A stretch of 64,000 nt of DNA from a virus, in IMG/VR virus record IMGVR_UViG_3300017991_000104, positions 3,946-67,945 of that record; one strand, written 5' to 3'. The position numbers and the translations under genes were made by a program. The notes under the pieces were generated by a model. It worked only from the letters and a program-made list of their open reading frames with translations, did not search any database and was not told the origin of the DNA. Shown in pieces: positions 27,280 through 36,938 of this stretch. Each line of letters starts with the position of its first letter. The stretch's first letter is position 1.

Positions 27280-27805
27280 CGGTGATATGCTGCAAGCTTT
27301 TGAGGATGTCTTTGGGGATTTACTTCCAATGGTACCGTCTGCACCACAATTTAGCATCTACTGTGCTGGTCCAATCTCTGGCCAGGGTTATGATGAGGTA
27401 GTAGGTTACTACAAGAAGATTGTCGGCAAACTATCTAAGATGGGCTTCGATGTACTGTATCCCATGTGTGGTAAGAGCTACCTCAGGAACGAGATTGAGT
27501 TTAAGGCTGAGGGATATGAACACCCGCTGTCTACAAATCATGCTATCCTACGGCGTGACCGCTGGATGATTGAGAAGGCTGATGTCATCTATGTTAATCT
27601 TGTTCGTGGAGCAGAGAGAGTATCCATTGGTACTGTCGCTGAGATGGGTATGGCACATGCACTGGGTGGCAAACACGTTGTTACAGTGCTGCCAGATGAT
27701 AATATCCATAATCATAGTTTCGTCCTTGAGATGTCTGATGTTGTGTTCAAGACCGAGGATGAGGCTGAGGAGTACCTTGGTAAACTGGCGGGAGGAACAG
27801 TATGA
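27272..27805 (+). CDS. Nucleoside 2-deoxyribosyltransferase / nucleotide N-hydrolase-like protein
   Basis: IYCAGPI...RRDRWMIEKADVIYVNL...SIGTVAEMGMA. Confidence 0.78.
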   Translation: MNNGDMLQAFEDVFGDLLPMVPSAPQFSIYCAGPISGQGYDEVVGYYKKIVGKLSKMGFDVLYPMCGKSYLRNEIEFKAEGYEHPLSTNHAILRRDRWMIEKADVIYVNLVRGAERVSIGTVAEMGMAHALGGKHVVTVLPDDNIHNHSFVLEMSDVVFKTEDEAEEYLGKLAGGTV

Positions 27806-27954
27806 TGGATAGTGTCCTGCTCGTCATTGCTGTCGTCATCCTCTTCTATGTATGGCCCACCCCTAAGGGCGAGGCTGTGGTAGATGACGAGGGGTGGCAT
27901 CCAAGCCGTAACTACAAGTTGGGAATGTGGGGCGTGAGAGCCCCTTGGAGGTAG
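27802..27954 (+). CDS. small membrane protein (50 aa)
   Basis: GGAGG SD; hydrophobic VLLVIAVVILFYVW. Confidence 0.5.
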   Translation: MMDSVLLVIAVVILFYVWPTPKGEAVVDDEGWHPSRNYKLGMWGVRAPWR

Positions 27955-27956
27955 AA

Positions 27957-29078
27957 GTGAACATTCTCTTTATAGGTCCATACCGACAAGCTGATGGATG
28001 GGGTGAGGCTGCACGGAGCTATCTTCGTGCACTGATACGCACCACTCATAACATAGCGGCACGACCAGTCTACATGGGAAGTACTATACATACCCCTGGT
28101 CCAGACATTCTTGACCTTGAGGATATAGAGTGCTCAGAATATGATGTAGTTATACAGAATGTATTGCCACACATGCTGACTCGTGTTGAGGGGGCTAAAA
28201 ACATTGGCCTGTTCTACCTGGAAACTAAGAACATTGATTGGACGCCGTGGCCAGATGCCTGTTCTTCGATGGATGAAATCTGGGTGTCTAGTGTTGATGA
28301 GTGCAAGGTGCTTGAGAATGCGGGAGTCTCGGTACCTGTCCATAGTATGCCCATTCCGGTAGATGTGGATAAGTATAGGAGTGTAGATTACACACGGTTT
28401 CCATTGTCTAAGCTGGACAACCACTTCAATATCTACTTCATCGGTGAGTTTATTCCACGGAAGAATATCCATGCACTGTTGGTAGCATTCCATCGCGAGT
28501 TTACTAACGATGAGCCGGTCAACTTAGTCATCAAGACATACCTTGGGAATATGCACCCTCAGGTGTTATTGCAACAGGTGAATCAGCAGTTCCTTGACAT
28601 TAAAAAGATACTGCGAATTTACCCTGACCCAAATATGTATAGACAAGAGATTGTGGTTGTCGATAGACTGTCCACGGAAGACCTGATGGGCTTACATAGG
28701 GCGTGTCAGTTGTTCGTCATGCCATCTCGCGGAGAAGCATGCTGTCAACCACTGCTTGATGCTATCGGTATGGGTAACCGTGCCCTGGTGACCGAAGGTA
28801 CAAGCATGGAGTCTATTGTTCATAGCTGTCTCAATCGTGGCCCCTACCTGATTAAGGCCCACGAGACTCCCGTGTACAGTAAGCAAGCTCCGCTACCCTT
28901 CATTTACACTGGGCGTGAGACTTGGATGGAGGTTGACTTGCTCAACTTACAGCGTAGGCTCCGCACCCACTTTAATGAGTGGAAGAAAGACCCAGATAAG
29001 TATTGGGCTGATACTGTTAACCGTGTTGACTTCCTAAGCTATGATAGCATCGCAGAAAAGATGAGGGGTGTACTATGA
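27957..29078 (+). CDS. GT4-like glycosyltransferase
   Basis: DGWGEAARSY, DEIWVSS, IGEFIPRKNI, FVMPSRGEACCQP. Confidence 0.85.
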   Translation: MNILFIGPYRQADGWGEAARSYLRALIRTTHNIAARPVYMGSTIHTPGPDILDLEDIECSEYDVVIQNVLPHMLTRVEGAKNIGLFYLETKNIDWTPWPDACSSMDEIWVSSVDECKVLENAGVSVPVHSMPIPVDVDKYRSVDYTRFPLSKLDNHFNIYFIGEFIPRKNIHALLVAFHREFTNDEPVNLVIKTYLGNMHPQVLLQQVNQQFLDIKKILRIYPDPNMYRQEIVVVDRLSTEDLMGLHRACQLFVMPSRGEACCQPLLDAIGMGNRALVTEGTSMESIVHSCLNRGPYLIKAHETPVYSKQAPLPFIYTGRETWMEVDLLNLQRRLRTHFNEWKKDPDKYWADTVNRVDFLSYDSIAEKMRGVL

Positions 29079-29347
29079 TAGACCCAGTTATCACACTGGC
29101 CCTGATAGTTTATTTTACAACAGCCATATGGTCTTATAAAATATTTCGCCACGTGTTGAAAAATCATCCAGACAATCCAAGCTGGAACCGTCAGGATAGA
29201 GTTTTATCAATAGTATTGGCTACAGGTGGCCCACTGTCGTTCATCTCTATGATAATTGTGTTTATTGCAGTGAAAATCTACGAATGGCATCAGGCCACAG
29301 ACTGGACTGAGTGGAGAGATTTCTGGAATGAGGAGGTTGATTGGTGA
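29075..29347 (+). CDS. two-TM membrane protein
   Basis: Two hydrophobic segments; ATGA coupling. Confidence 0.6.
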   Translation: MIDPVITLALIVYFTTAIWSYKIFRHVLKNHPDNPSWNRQDRVLSIVLATGGPLSFISMIIVFIAVKIYEWHQATDWTEWRDFWNEEVDW

Positions 29348-30294
29348 GTATCACAATCCACAACATAGTACGTCGTGCAAAGACGCACTCTGCATACAAC
29401 ATCCTGTGTTTTCCGCACGATGGCTTCTTTGAGAGGATGCTTTGTCAGGCTTTCCCCGAACACCATTTCTATGGGATAAAGGAAACCAGTCAGTATCCAT
29501 GGAATACACAGGCACTGCCACCAGAGGCTAACTTTCATCTGCTGCCACCGGCTAATGACTTTGTTCCTCCACACGTGGACTTCGACTTTATCCTGTGCAA
29601 TAATCATGCTACACAATGGGATAATGCGAGGCGACTTGCTAGCGAAATGCATCTCCCGATTGTGCTGATGGAACATATGCTGATGCCACCTTCTCTCAAG
29701 CCTGAGGAGGTCTTTCTGTGGAATAAGAATAACAAGCCGTGCGTGAGAGTATTCACAGACCAACGGGCTTTGGAGCAGTGGGGCACTGGCAAGGTAGTCC
29801 CATATGGTATTCCAGACTACGAATGGATGGATAAGAAGGACCAGATAGCTATCAGCGGTGACTTTGTTCGCAATGAGATTCCGCTGCTGCAAGAGTTGTC
29901 CAAGCAAATCTCCATTCCTATGAAATTTGTGGGGCATAGTCCAGACGTTTCGCCTATAATAACTTCACCGAACGAGTTGGAGTGGGCTATTGGTCAGAGT
30001 CGGATATTCCTCAACATTAAGGAAGCAGTCTACGTTCCTATCATGCTTTTGGAAGCTATGGCACGTGGCTGCACAGTGATAACAACGGCATCACCATTAT
30101 TGGATGATATTGTTATTCACGGGAAAACTGGGTACATTATCAAATCACTGCCTGAGCTAAAACAGTATCTTAACAAGCCCAGCCTGGGCGAAGAGGCTGC
30201 GGCCTTTGTTAAGAAGCTGTTCAACTTCAAGTCTTTCGTAGCAGCTTGGGCTCCCATCTTTAACAAAGCAGCAACCGAGGTATATACCCGATGA
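29341..30294 (+). CDS. GT4-like glycosyltransferase
   Basis: VPYGI, RIFLN...PIMLLEAMARGCTVIT...IHGKTGYI. Confidence 0.82.
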   Translation: MVSITIHNIVRRAKTHSAYNILCFPHDGFFERMLCQAFPEHHFYGIKETSQYPWNTQALPPEANFHLLPPANDFVPPHVDFDFILCNNHATQWDNARRLASEMHLPIVLMEHMLMPPSLKPEEVFLWNKNNKPCVRVFTDQRALEQWGTGKVVPYGIPDYEWMDKKDQIAISGDFVRNEIPLLQELSKQISIPMKFVGHSPDVSPIITSPNELEWAIGQSRIFLNIKEAVYVPIMLLEAMARGCTVITTASPLLDDIVIHGKTGYIIKSLPELKQYLNKPSLGEEAAAFVKKLFNFKSFVAAWAPIFNKAATEVYTR

Positions 30295-30701
30295 AGATTA
30301 AACTCATTCTGGAACGTAAGCAAGGTGTACAGTATAGTGGCACGGTGTTCACAGTCAATGAGCTGATGCAGTTAGATAATAGCTGCTGTGAAGAGATTGA
30401 CATGGGTGATGTTGCTGACTATGTTGTGGAACGAGATAAGTTTCTCGACGCTGTAGCACAGAAACTGGTCTATGGTGGTACCCTTATCATGAGTGGCACC
30501 GACCTTACCAGTGTCTCACGTGCGTACTATGTCAAGGAGATGGCACTGGGTGATGCGGTAAAGAAGTTGTATGGTGGGCGACACTCGATTTCCAGCTACC
30601 TCGATATGTACAACTGGTTTAATAGCAAGGGTCTGGCTGTGATTAGGACTGAGCGGATTAAACATGAGTATAGCTTTGTGGTGGAGAGGCCGAGTCCATG
30701 A
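30291..30701 (+). CDS. Truncated or degenerate SAM-methyltransferase-like protein
   Basis: DNSCCEEI...DVADY...QKLVYGGTLIMS resembles Methyltransf_11 post-motif-I segments; no GxG motif. Confidence 0.45.
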   Translation: MKIKLILERKQGVQYSGTVFTVNELMQLDNSCCEEIDMGDVADYVVERDKFLDAVAQKLVYGGTLIMSGTDLTSVSRAYYVKEMALGDAVKKLYGGRHSISSYLDMYNWFNSKGLAVIRTERIKHEYSFVVERPSP

Positions 30702-30970
30702 GAGAGTGGAAGAAGTGGGAAGTGCTTTATAAACCACAGTTCAAGATAGAGCCTACCGATGGAAAGGGTACGTCCCTTGCTAACCAGTGGTACAGGAATG
30801 AACAGGGGATTTGCGGTACTCAGGACTGTGGCAATCCCATTGATGATGAGTCGGAGGATTTCTGTGGCTCTGTTAGGTGTGCAAAGTGTGCGGCCAGTTT
30901 TCATAAAGTAATCGAGGATTTGAGAATACGGATTGATGAGGACATACTTAGGAGACTAAACTATGGATGA
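30698..30970 (+). CDS. Cys-containing hypothetical protein
   Basis: CGTQDCG...RCAKC; ATGA coupling. Confidence 0.55.
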   Translation: MREWKKWEVLYKPQFKIEPTDGKGTSLANQWYRNEQGICGTQDCGNPIDDESEDFCGSVRCAKCAASFHKVIEDLRIRIDEDILRRLNYG

Positions 30971-31230
30971 ATACCTAGTCATCAGAGTAAACCTAGACTA
31001 CGACTATGTGGAAAGCGTCGAATTCGTAGAGAGATTTCAGACCGAAGAGGATGCTAACGAGTATCTTCAAAAGATACATAACACATGGCTACAGTGGTGT
31101 GATAGGTGGCACATGGCTACAGTGGTGTGATAGGTGGCATAAGGCTAAAGGTGGGGAGTCGTTTGATGAACCTGCACCACCGGCCATCAGTGACTTGAGA
31201 GTATTATTCGTTCCTATGAGAGGACTATAA
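30963..31230 (+). pseudogene. 79-aa ORF frameshifted by a 28-bp tandem duplication
   Basis: Stops at 31130 as written; with one repeat copy it reads to TAA 31228-31230, just before the next ATG. Confidence 0.7.
31082..31137 (+). repeat. Perfect 28-bp tandem duplication
   Basis: CACATGGCTACAGTGGTGTGATAGGTGG x2. Confidence 0.95.
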
Positions 31231-31231
31231 C

Positions 31232-32002
31232 ATGATAAGTACGGTACACACATCGTGTAAGGATTGTATCTGGGCTGAGTATGACGAGGTTACTCAGATT
31301 GGGTGCGAGCGTAAGCAGTTGGAGAAATTCCTGGCCCATGAGGTCGAGGTTATAGAAGTATATGACGAAGAGAAGGAATTCTATGTTATCAACAATCGAC
31401 GATGTAAGTGTCATCGCACTCAGGCGTGGCGTGATGCTGTAGCTAAGTCTGAATGGACAGAGGATGATGAGCTTGAGGCCGAGATGGACCTGCAATATCA
31501 GGCTGTCATCTTTAGTAATGATTCGATTGAAGACCTTAAAACAACTGTAGATAGCATCTCCAAGCAGTCGGTTCGCCCAAATCACATCAGCGTGATAATC
31601 AAGAATCCGCTCATCAAGCCTACCTCCATCCGCGATGTCCTTGACTCATGTGGTATCCCATGGAAGATTAAGGCGGTTGCTAGTGCTTACAGTGACAATA
31701 AGGCACTGGATGAGCTTATCATGTTCTGCAACTCGTCCTTCTACAGTGTTTTCCGTGCTGGATGTAAAGTACCGGACGACACATTTGAGCAACTCACCAA
31801 GATGGTCAATGACGACCTCCTGCAATTCCCGCTGATTGCCCCTACCAAGGCTGGCAACGGCATGGTTGTCCCACTTCAAGTGCATAAGGCACTCGGTGGA
31901 CAGGGAGAGAATGGTCTGCGGCTCAAGATTGAAACGCAATGTCCCGACGACGCCAAGCACATCAAGAGGATTACTGAGCTATGCAGCAACTTCCCCGAGT
32001 AA
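31232..32002 (+). CDS. Cys-rich N-terminus + degenerate GT-A (GT2-like) domain
   Basis: CKDCIWA...GC; LKTTVDSISKQSVRPNHISVI resembles the GT2 N-terminal fold. Confidence 0.55.
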   Translation: MISTVHTSCKDCIWAEYDEVTQIGCERKQLEKFLAHEVEVIEVYDEEKEFYVINNRRCKCHRTQAWRDAVAKSEWTEDDELEAEMDLQYQAVIFSNDSIEDLKTTVDSISKQSVRPNHISVIIKNPLIKPTSIRDVLDSCGIPWKIKAVASAYSDNKALDELIMFCNSSFYSVFRAGCKVPDDTFEQLTKMVNDDLLQFPLIAPTKAGNGMVVPLQVHKALGGQGENGLRLKIETQCPDDAKHIKRITELCSNFPE

Positions 32003-32493
32003 TCACGTTCCACGGCGATGAGAATAAGGTCCATGAGGGCGAGGGTTCGGCCCCTGCCCTTTTCAACCGCATCATCCAAGAAGTAGAGGCCGACGCATAT
32101 GGTTTCTACTCCGAGAATGATACTGTGTACGAGGGCTTTCTTCCAGAGTCTACCTTCAAGACTGTACGTCGTATCTTCAAGGAATATCCACGGTTCGGTG
32201 GTGTGTATGGAGATACAATGATACACGATGGGCAGCGAGAGATTGCCCAGTATGGTAGGGACTTCATTCCGAACATGCAACATGTGGTCAATGTACCGCT
32301 GTTCATAGACAAGCGTCACAGGGAGGTGAGGTTCAACGAGGAGCTACAGAACCTATACTTCTTTGATGTGCTACGTCGCTATCCAATGGTGGTGTGGTAC
32401 CATATCCCAGAAGTGATTGCGGTCACCAAGATGGTGGAGTTCGACAGTTCACATGATATGAGGATACTTCAAGGTGAGCAACGCAAGGCGTAA
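31981..32493 (+). CDS. partial or degenerate GT2-like protein
   Basis: GGVYGD...RFNEEL...YHIPE resembles the GT2 C-terminal half. Confidence 0.5.
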   Translation: MQQLPRVITFHGDENKVHEGEGSAPALFNRIIQEVEADAYGFYSENDTVYEGFLPESTFKTVRRIFKEYPRFGGVYGDTMIHDGQREIAQYGRDFIPNMQHVVNVPLFIDKRHREVRFNEELQNLYFFDVLRRYPMVVWYHIPEVIAVTKMVEFDSSHDMRILQGEQRKA

Positions 32494-33205
32494 CGTAGCC
32501 CCTATTTTTCAGAAGGCTCGACCACTACAAGGTCGTAAGTATAGCATCATCATCCCTGCGGCTGGTGAAGGTGTGCGTATGAAGTCCTATGGGCCTAAAC
32601 CGCTCATCAAGATTACTCCGAATCGCACTATCATTCAACACCAGTTAGATATCATAGCTGGTATGTTTGGGAAGTATGAGGTTATCCTGGTGGCTGGCTA
32701 CGAAGCCTGTCGCGTGATGAACCAAATGCCACCTGATGTTGTCTGCGTTGAGAACGAGATGTATGCAGAGACTAATGTCCTACGTAGCATCGGGATGGGG
32801 CTAAGAGCAGCTACCACCGATAGTGTCTTAATAGTTTATGGCGACTTGGTGTTTAACACGGAGGCACTACAGTACAAGTTCAAAGATGAGTCTACTGTGA
32901 TTATCGCCCCAAGTACCATGACAGACAATGAAGTTGGTTGCACTATCTCCAACGATGGTATCATAGAGAATGTGATGTACGACCTACCTAATAAGTGGGC
33001 ACAGATTGCCTACTTCACTGGGCGTGAGCTACAACTGCTCAAGAACATTGCCTGGGCAGAAGGTAAGGAAAAGCTATTTGGCTTTGAGGCATTGAACTTC
33101 ATCATCGAGCATGGAGGTAAGCTACATGCGGTGATGCCAACGGGTATCAAGGTCAATGACATGGACTCTTCCAAGGACTTAAAGACAGTGAAAGGAATAT
33201 TATGA
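32474..33205 (+). CDS. Sugar/phosphocholine nucleotidyltransferase (NTP_transferase, LicC-like)
   Basis: IIIPAAGEGVRMKSYGPKPLIKI, VAGY, YGDLVF, DMDSSKDL. Confidence 0.85.
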   Translation: MSNARRNVAPIFQKARPLQGRKYSIIIPAAGEGVRMKSYGPKPLIKITPNRTIIQHQLDIIAGMFGKYEVILVAGYEACRVMNQMPPDVVCVENEMYAETNVLRSIGMGLRAATTDSVLIVYGDLVFNTEALQYKFKDESTVIIAPSTMTDNEVGCTISNDGIIENVMYDLPNKWAQIAYFTGRELQLLKNIAWAEGKEKLFGFEALNFIIEHGGKLHAVMPTGIKVNDMDSSKDLKTVKGIL

Positions 33206-33561
33206 GTCATCTTGTAGACCAAGCTAGCGATGAGTTGGCGAAACGGTTTGAAGACATCTTGTCATACCGTAAAGGGGAAGAGGTAATACACTCAATGGTA
33301 GCTTATGATGAGTCGCTTATGAGACAGGGTCGTCTTGGATGGTGGTTCAAGCTATGGTTCAACAGTCCTAACACAATAAGTCAGGACGCTAACAGCACCA
33401 TTATAGAAGAAGAGGGTGGGGCTGTTGATATTAGCATTACTGCTCTTTTGAAAAGCTGGAATCATGATATACGCTTTAGTGCAATCGACATACTAGTTGA
33501 TTTTGAGGAGCATTTCAGAGGATTTATGAGTCGACGCCTAACCGAAGAGGCTTCCAAATGA
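33202..33561 (+). CDS. hypothetical protein
   Basis: ATGA-coupled at both ends. Confidence 0.6.
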   Translation: MSHLVDQASDELAKRFEDILSYRKGEEVIHSMVAYDESLMRQGRLGWWFKLWFNSPNTISQDANSTIIEEEGGAVDISITALLKSWNHDIRFSAIDILVDFEEHFRGFMSRRLTEEASK

Positions 33562-34304
33562 AAATAGTAATCTCACATAAGCCAGGACAACCAATCTGGG
33601 ATGGTGTAGCAGGTGCACTGTCTACCCTGGGTCACGAGGTCGTCGCATGGCAACCTAAGGTGAAACCTGTCAATGATATGGCTGTGGAAATATCACCAGA
33701 TATGCTCATCATTGAGCCTGATGATGTGACGCACAGCTTTCCGGCTGCACTCGACCGCTGCGATGCCAAGTTGGTGATGATGGGGGTTGGCAGTTGGGAT
33801 GAGTTAACACCAGACTTATTCTGTGTGACTCATCATACACCTGAAACCATACTTAAGAACCTGGATAGTCCCTGGGTGAGAATGACTCACTGTGCTGACT
33901 TAGCTCACTTTCCAATTGTGGACGGTGATGAACGCTACATGTCGGATGTACTATGTATTGTAGACCGTCCAATTGGTATAGAACAAATGGATGTCTTGTA
34001 CAACCATATTGTAGATGGTGAGCGTGTTTTCGTTGTGGGTGAGTTCCGAGTACCCATGCCTCAGTATCTTGGCCAAGTCACAACTCGGGAAACATCACTC
34101 TTAATGGCATCGACAAAGTTGGGAATCTGCTTCGACGAACAACATCCACATGACTATGCCATCCGCGATACCCCCGTACACTCATCTGTCCCACCTGAAC
34201 AGCTTAACCTTAGGGAAACTTATTACCATCGGGTAGCGGAAATCTTCGGTGTCCTGGGGTACGAAAAAGAGTCACAGAAAGCCATGGAGAAAGTGCCACA
34301 ATGA
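33558..34304 (+). CDS. divergent GT-B-like (CgeB-type) protein
   Basis: MKIVIS...ALSTLGHEVV...QYLG...TYYHRVAEIF. Confidence 0.5.
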   Translation: MKIVISHKPGQPIWDGVAGALSTLGHEVVAWQPKVKPVNDMAVEISPDMLIIEPDDVTHSFPAALDRCDAKLVMMGVGSWDELTPDLFCVTHHTPETILKNLDSPWVRMTHCADLAHFPIVDGDERYMSDVLCIVDRPIGIEQMDVLYNHIVDGERVFVVGEFRVPMPQYLGQVTTRETSLLMASTKLGICFDEQHPHDYAIRDTPVHSSVPPEQLNLRETYYHRVAEIFGVLGYEKESQKAMEKVPQ

Positions 34305-34759
34305 GTCAGTTTGGTGTTTTAATAAAAGACCTAGTGCCATCACAGCATAATATTTTAATGGTGTCCTGCCTCAATCGCGTGGTGGACGAGGCACCGCATT
34401 TGAACCCTGTCCTCTTCACTGAGAATCCAGGGTTACCAACCGAGATAGCACGATTCCCCATCATGGGTATGATTGAGGCGTGGGGCTTCCGTGGGAAGCT
34501 AATCGCCACTGACTTGGAAACGGCATTTATTTTGAAGAAGCTGCCGTGTGCATCCGAAAAGTTCTTCTATGTGTGGGACTTGGAGTGGTTGTTCGCTCCT
34601 TCCTCTCGCTATGGATTGATGCATGCCGCATACTATGACAGTAACACCATCGTGCGTAGTGAACACCACGAGAAACTGATGACTAAGTGTTGGAAGCAAC
34701 CCTACGCTATTCTAAAGGACTATGACCACAATGAGCTTATCAAAATCGTTACTCAGTAG
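34301..34759 (+). CDS. GT-B N-terminal-like hypothetical protein
   Basis: LIATDLETA...KFFYVWDLEW resembles WsaF-type GT N-terminal segments. Confidence 0.45.
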   Translation: MSQFGVLIKDLVPSQHNILMVSCLNRVVDEAPHLNPVLFTENPGLPTEIARFPIMGMIEAWGFRGKLIATDLETAFILKKLPCASEKFFYVWDLEWLFAPSSRYGLMHAAYYDSNTIVRSEHHEKLMTKCWKQPYAILKDYDHNELIKIVTQ

Positions 34760-35558
34760 AGCTAAGAAGTATCTGACGCTGGATGATACTGGTAAAGCTA
34801 AGTTCCTGCGTGAAGCATACGAAGAATGCCAGCATAGCATTCCAGAAATTGCCGAAGCATGTGGGACATACAATAACAAGATTCGGCGTGACCTCAAACG
34901 GTTCGGGATTCACATCCGCTCTCGTAGTGAGGCTCAGAAGTTAGCCCTGGCTAGTGGGCGGCATGAGCATCCGACTCAGGACAAGGGCCATACGGAAGAG
35001 TCCAAGATTAAGATGAGTGAGAAAATGTCGGAGGTCTATGACAATCTCAGTGATGCGGCAAAGAAAGAAAGGTCCGAGGCTGGCAAGGAACAGTGGAATC
35101 GCAAGTCTAAGGCCGAAAAGGAACTGTTCATTAAGACTGGGCAGGAGCATATACGCGAGGCCGCGAAGCACGGGTCTAAGCTGGAACGGTTTCTCCACAA
35201 GGAACTGTTGAAGGCTGGCTATCAGGTGAGTTGTCACGAAGTCCATATGGTGAAGAATCAGCGGCTTCATATTGACCTGTACGTGAAGGATTTGGCGACC
35301 ATCATTGAGGTTGATGGGCCATCTCATGAACGTAATGTGTGGGGCACAAAGGAACTCACACAGACTAAAACGGCAGATGCCGAGAAGGATGCCCTGGTGC
35401 TGAACCTGGGTATGGTTCTCATACGAGTGAAACAGACTAAGTCGTTGTCGGCTAAGTTTAAGCGTGATGTGCTGGCAGAGTTGCTGGCTACTTTGGAAAG
35501 AGTGAAAACCAAGCGGCCCCGAGGGGATAACCGCTACATTGTACTGGGAGATAAGTAA
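34722..35558 (+). CDS. Free-standing endonuclease (HTH + NUMOD3-like + DUF559/Vsr-like domain)
   Basis: SIPEIAEACGT HTH; GHTEESKIKMS; SKLERF...HIDLYV...IIEVDGPSH. Confidence 0.75.
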   Translation: MTTMSLSKSLLSRAKKYLTLDDTGKAKFLREAYEECQHSIPEIAEACGTYNNKIRRDLKRFGIHIRSRSEAQKLALASGRHEHPTQDKGHTEESKIKMSEKMSEVYDNLSDAAKKERSEAGKEQWNRKSKAEKELFIKTGQEHIREAAKHGSKLERFLHKELLKAGYQVSCHEVHMVKNQRLHIDLYVKDLATIIEVDGPSHERNVWGTKELTQTKTADAEKDALVLNLGMVLIRVKQTKSLSAKFKRDVLAELLATLERVKTKRPRGDNRYIVLGDK

Positions 35559-36502
35559 TGGCTGAAACAGTTGCTAAGTTACGTGACAAGTTAGTAGCCC
35601 TGGGCATGCCCCGAGAAAAGGCGAATAAAGTCAAGGGGAAGGCCAATGTCATTGAGGCTCTTGAGAAACTACAAAACGAGAAGGTTGTAGAATCCCGTAA
35701 GGATATGATTGAACAAGAAGCTCTTGTGTCAAACTTTGAAGACTCATTAGAGGGCGACGACGATGAGCCTATCGTCCTTGAGGATATGTTTGAAGCTGTC
35801 TCGGATACCCCGGCAGAGGAAACTGATGATGAGCCGCCCATGGGTGTTGAGCATCCTCGGTGGACAGAGCATGTGCTGAACTCGCTCTGTGACGATGAGA
35901 AGTACGACGAGAAGACTCCTGTGGTTAATGGGTTGCGTCGTATAGTTGAATCTCAGGTGGGCGAAATTGTCGAATCCGACAGTGACCTGATGGCATGCTC
36001 CCATGATAAGCTAGCTGTGGTGAAGCATACGATATCTGTGGCGTGGAACTTTGACAAGCAGGACATTCGCGTATTCTCAAGCATAGCCAGTGCCACACCC
36101 TCGAATGCTGGCGAGTACATTGACTATCTCTTTGCCGCAGCAGACACGATGGCAGAGAGTCGTGCACTCAAAAGACTTCTGAAATTAAATAAGATTTTAG
36201 TAGCAGAAGAGGCTAGCAAGGGGTATAATAATGTAGAGCCCGCGTTTACTGACGCAGTAAGCGATGGTGCTAATGATGGACAGTTGGCAGTATTAGAAAC
36301 CTTGTGTGGTGACCCGAAACGGGGATTGGATATTAACATTAACAAGTTGATTGAAGCCGAAATCGGCAGTCCTAAACCCGCCGCAGACCTCTCTGGTGCT
36401 AATGTCGCTAGCTTGATTCAAGCAGTGTCTAAATTACAGGGTGAACCCGATAACATCCCCGAAGAGTTGCGGGGATACGACTCTAGTTGGAGGACTAAGT
36501 AA
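35558..36502 (+). CDS. Rad52/Sak-like ssDNA annealing protein with HeH-like N-terminus
   Basis: VVNGLRRI...AVVKHTI...FSSIASA...AADTMAESRALKRLL. Confidence 0.6.
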   Translation: MAETVAKLRDKLVALGMPREKANKVKGKANVIEALEKLQNEKVVESRKDMIEQEALVSNFEDSLEGDDDEPIVLEDMFEAVSDTPAEETDDEPPMGVEHPRWTEHVLNSLCDDEKYDEKTPVVNGLRRIVESQVGEIVESDSDLMACSHDKLAVVKHTISVAWNFDKQDIRVFSSIASATPSNAGEYIDYLFAAADTMAESRALKRLLKLNKILVAEEASKGYNNVEPAFTDAVSDGANDGQLAVLETLCGDPKRGLDININKLIEAEIGSPKPAADLSGANVASLIQAVSKLQGEPDNIPEELRGYDSSWRTK

Positions 36503-36882
36503 TGTTGAAAGCTCAAAAGAAAGTGAACTCATCCGTCATCGTCGAAGCAGAAGGTGACAACATTGTTGAATTGTGGGAGGAGTTAGCAAAGCTCCAAGAG
36601 GTTTTTGAAGAAGCTAGCTGCGGCTGCTGCTCCAAGACTAATCTGCGTTTCGTAGTCCGTCAGAATGCTGACGAAGATAAGTTCTACGAACTGCACTGCA
36701 AGGACTGTTATGCCCGACTCGTATTTGGTGCTACCAAAAAGGGCAAAGGTCTGTATCCTAAACGTCGATGGGACGCTCTCTCGGATAGCGAGAAGAAGAA
36801 CCGAGCCGACCAAGAAGATGACTGCAAGAATGGTTATCTTCCCAACCGTGGTTGGTACAAGTGGGTGAAGAAGGAAGACTAA
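36502..36882 (+). CDS. zinc-binding hypothetical protein
   Basis: CGCC...YELHCKDCYARLVFG; TAATG coupling. Confidence 0.7.
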   Translation: MLKAQKKVNSSVIVEAEGDNIVELWEELAKLQEVFEEASCGCCSKTNLRFVVRQNADEDKFYELHCKDCYARLVFGATKKGKGLYPKRRWDALSDSEKKNRADQEDDCKNGYLPNRGWYKWVKKED

Positions 36883-36938
36883 GGTGTAGTCACCACACCT
36901 GTTTGGTGACATTAAGTTTTAGGAGGTAGAACCCTATG
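36882..36938 (+). promoter_or_regulatory. Predicted H-type pseudoknot plus SD-sequestering hairpin
   Basis: AGGTGT/ACACCT stem whose loop GTCACC pairs with GGTGAC; TAG-GA-GGT-AGA-ACC-CTA covers the SD and start. Confidence 0.5.

Noticed and set aside
36880-36910. Pseudoknot-stimulated readthrough of the upstream TAA
   Set aside because: Readthrough would hit TGA after only 8 codons; a role on the downstream gene fits better.
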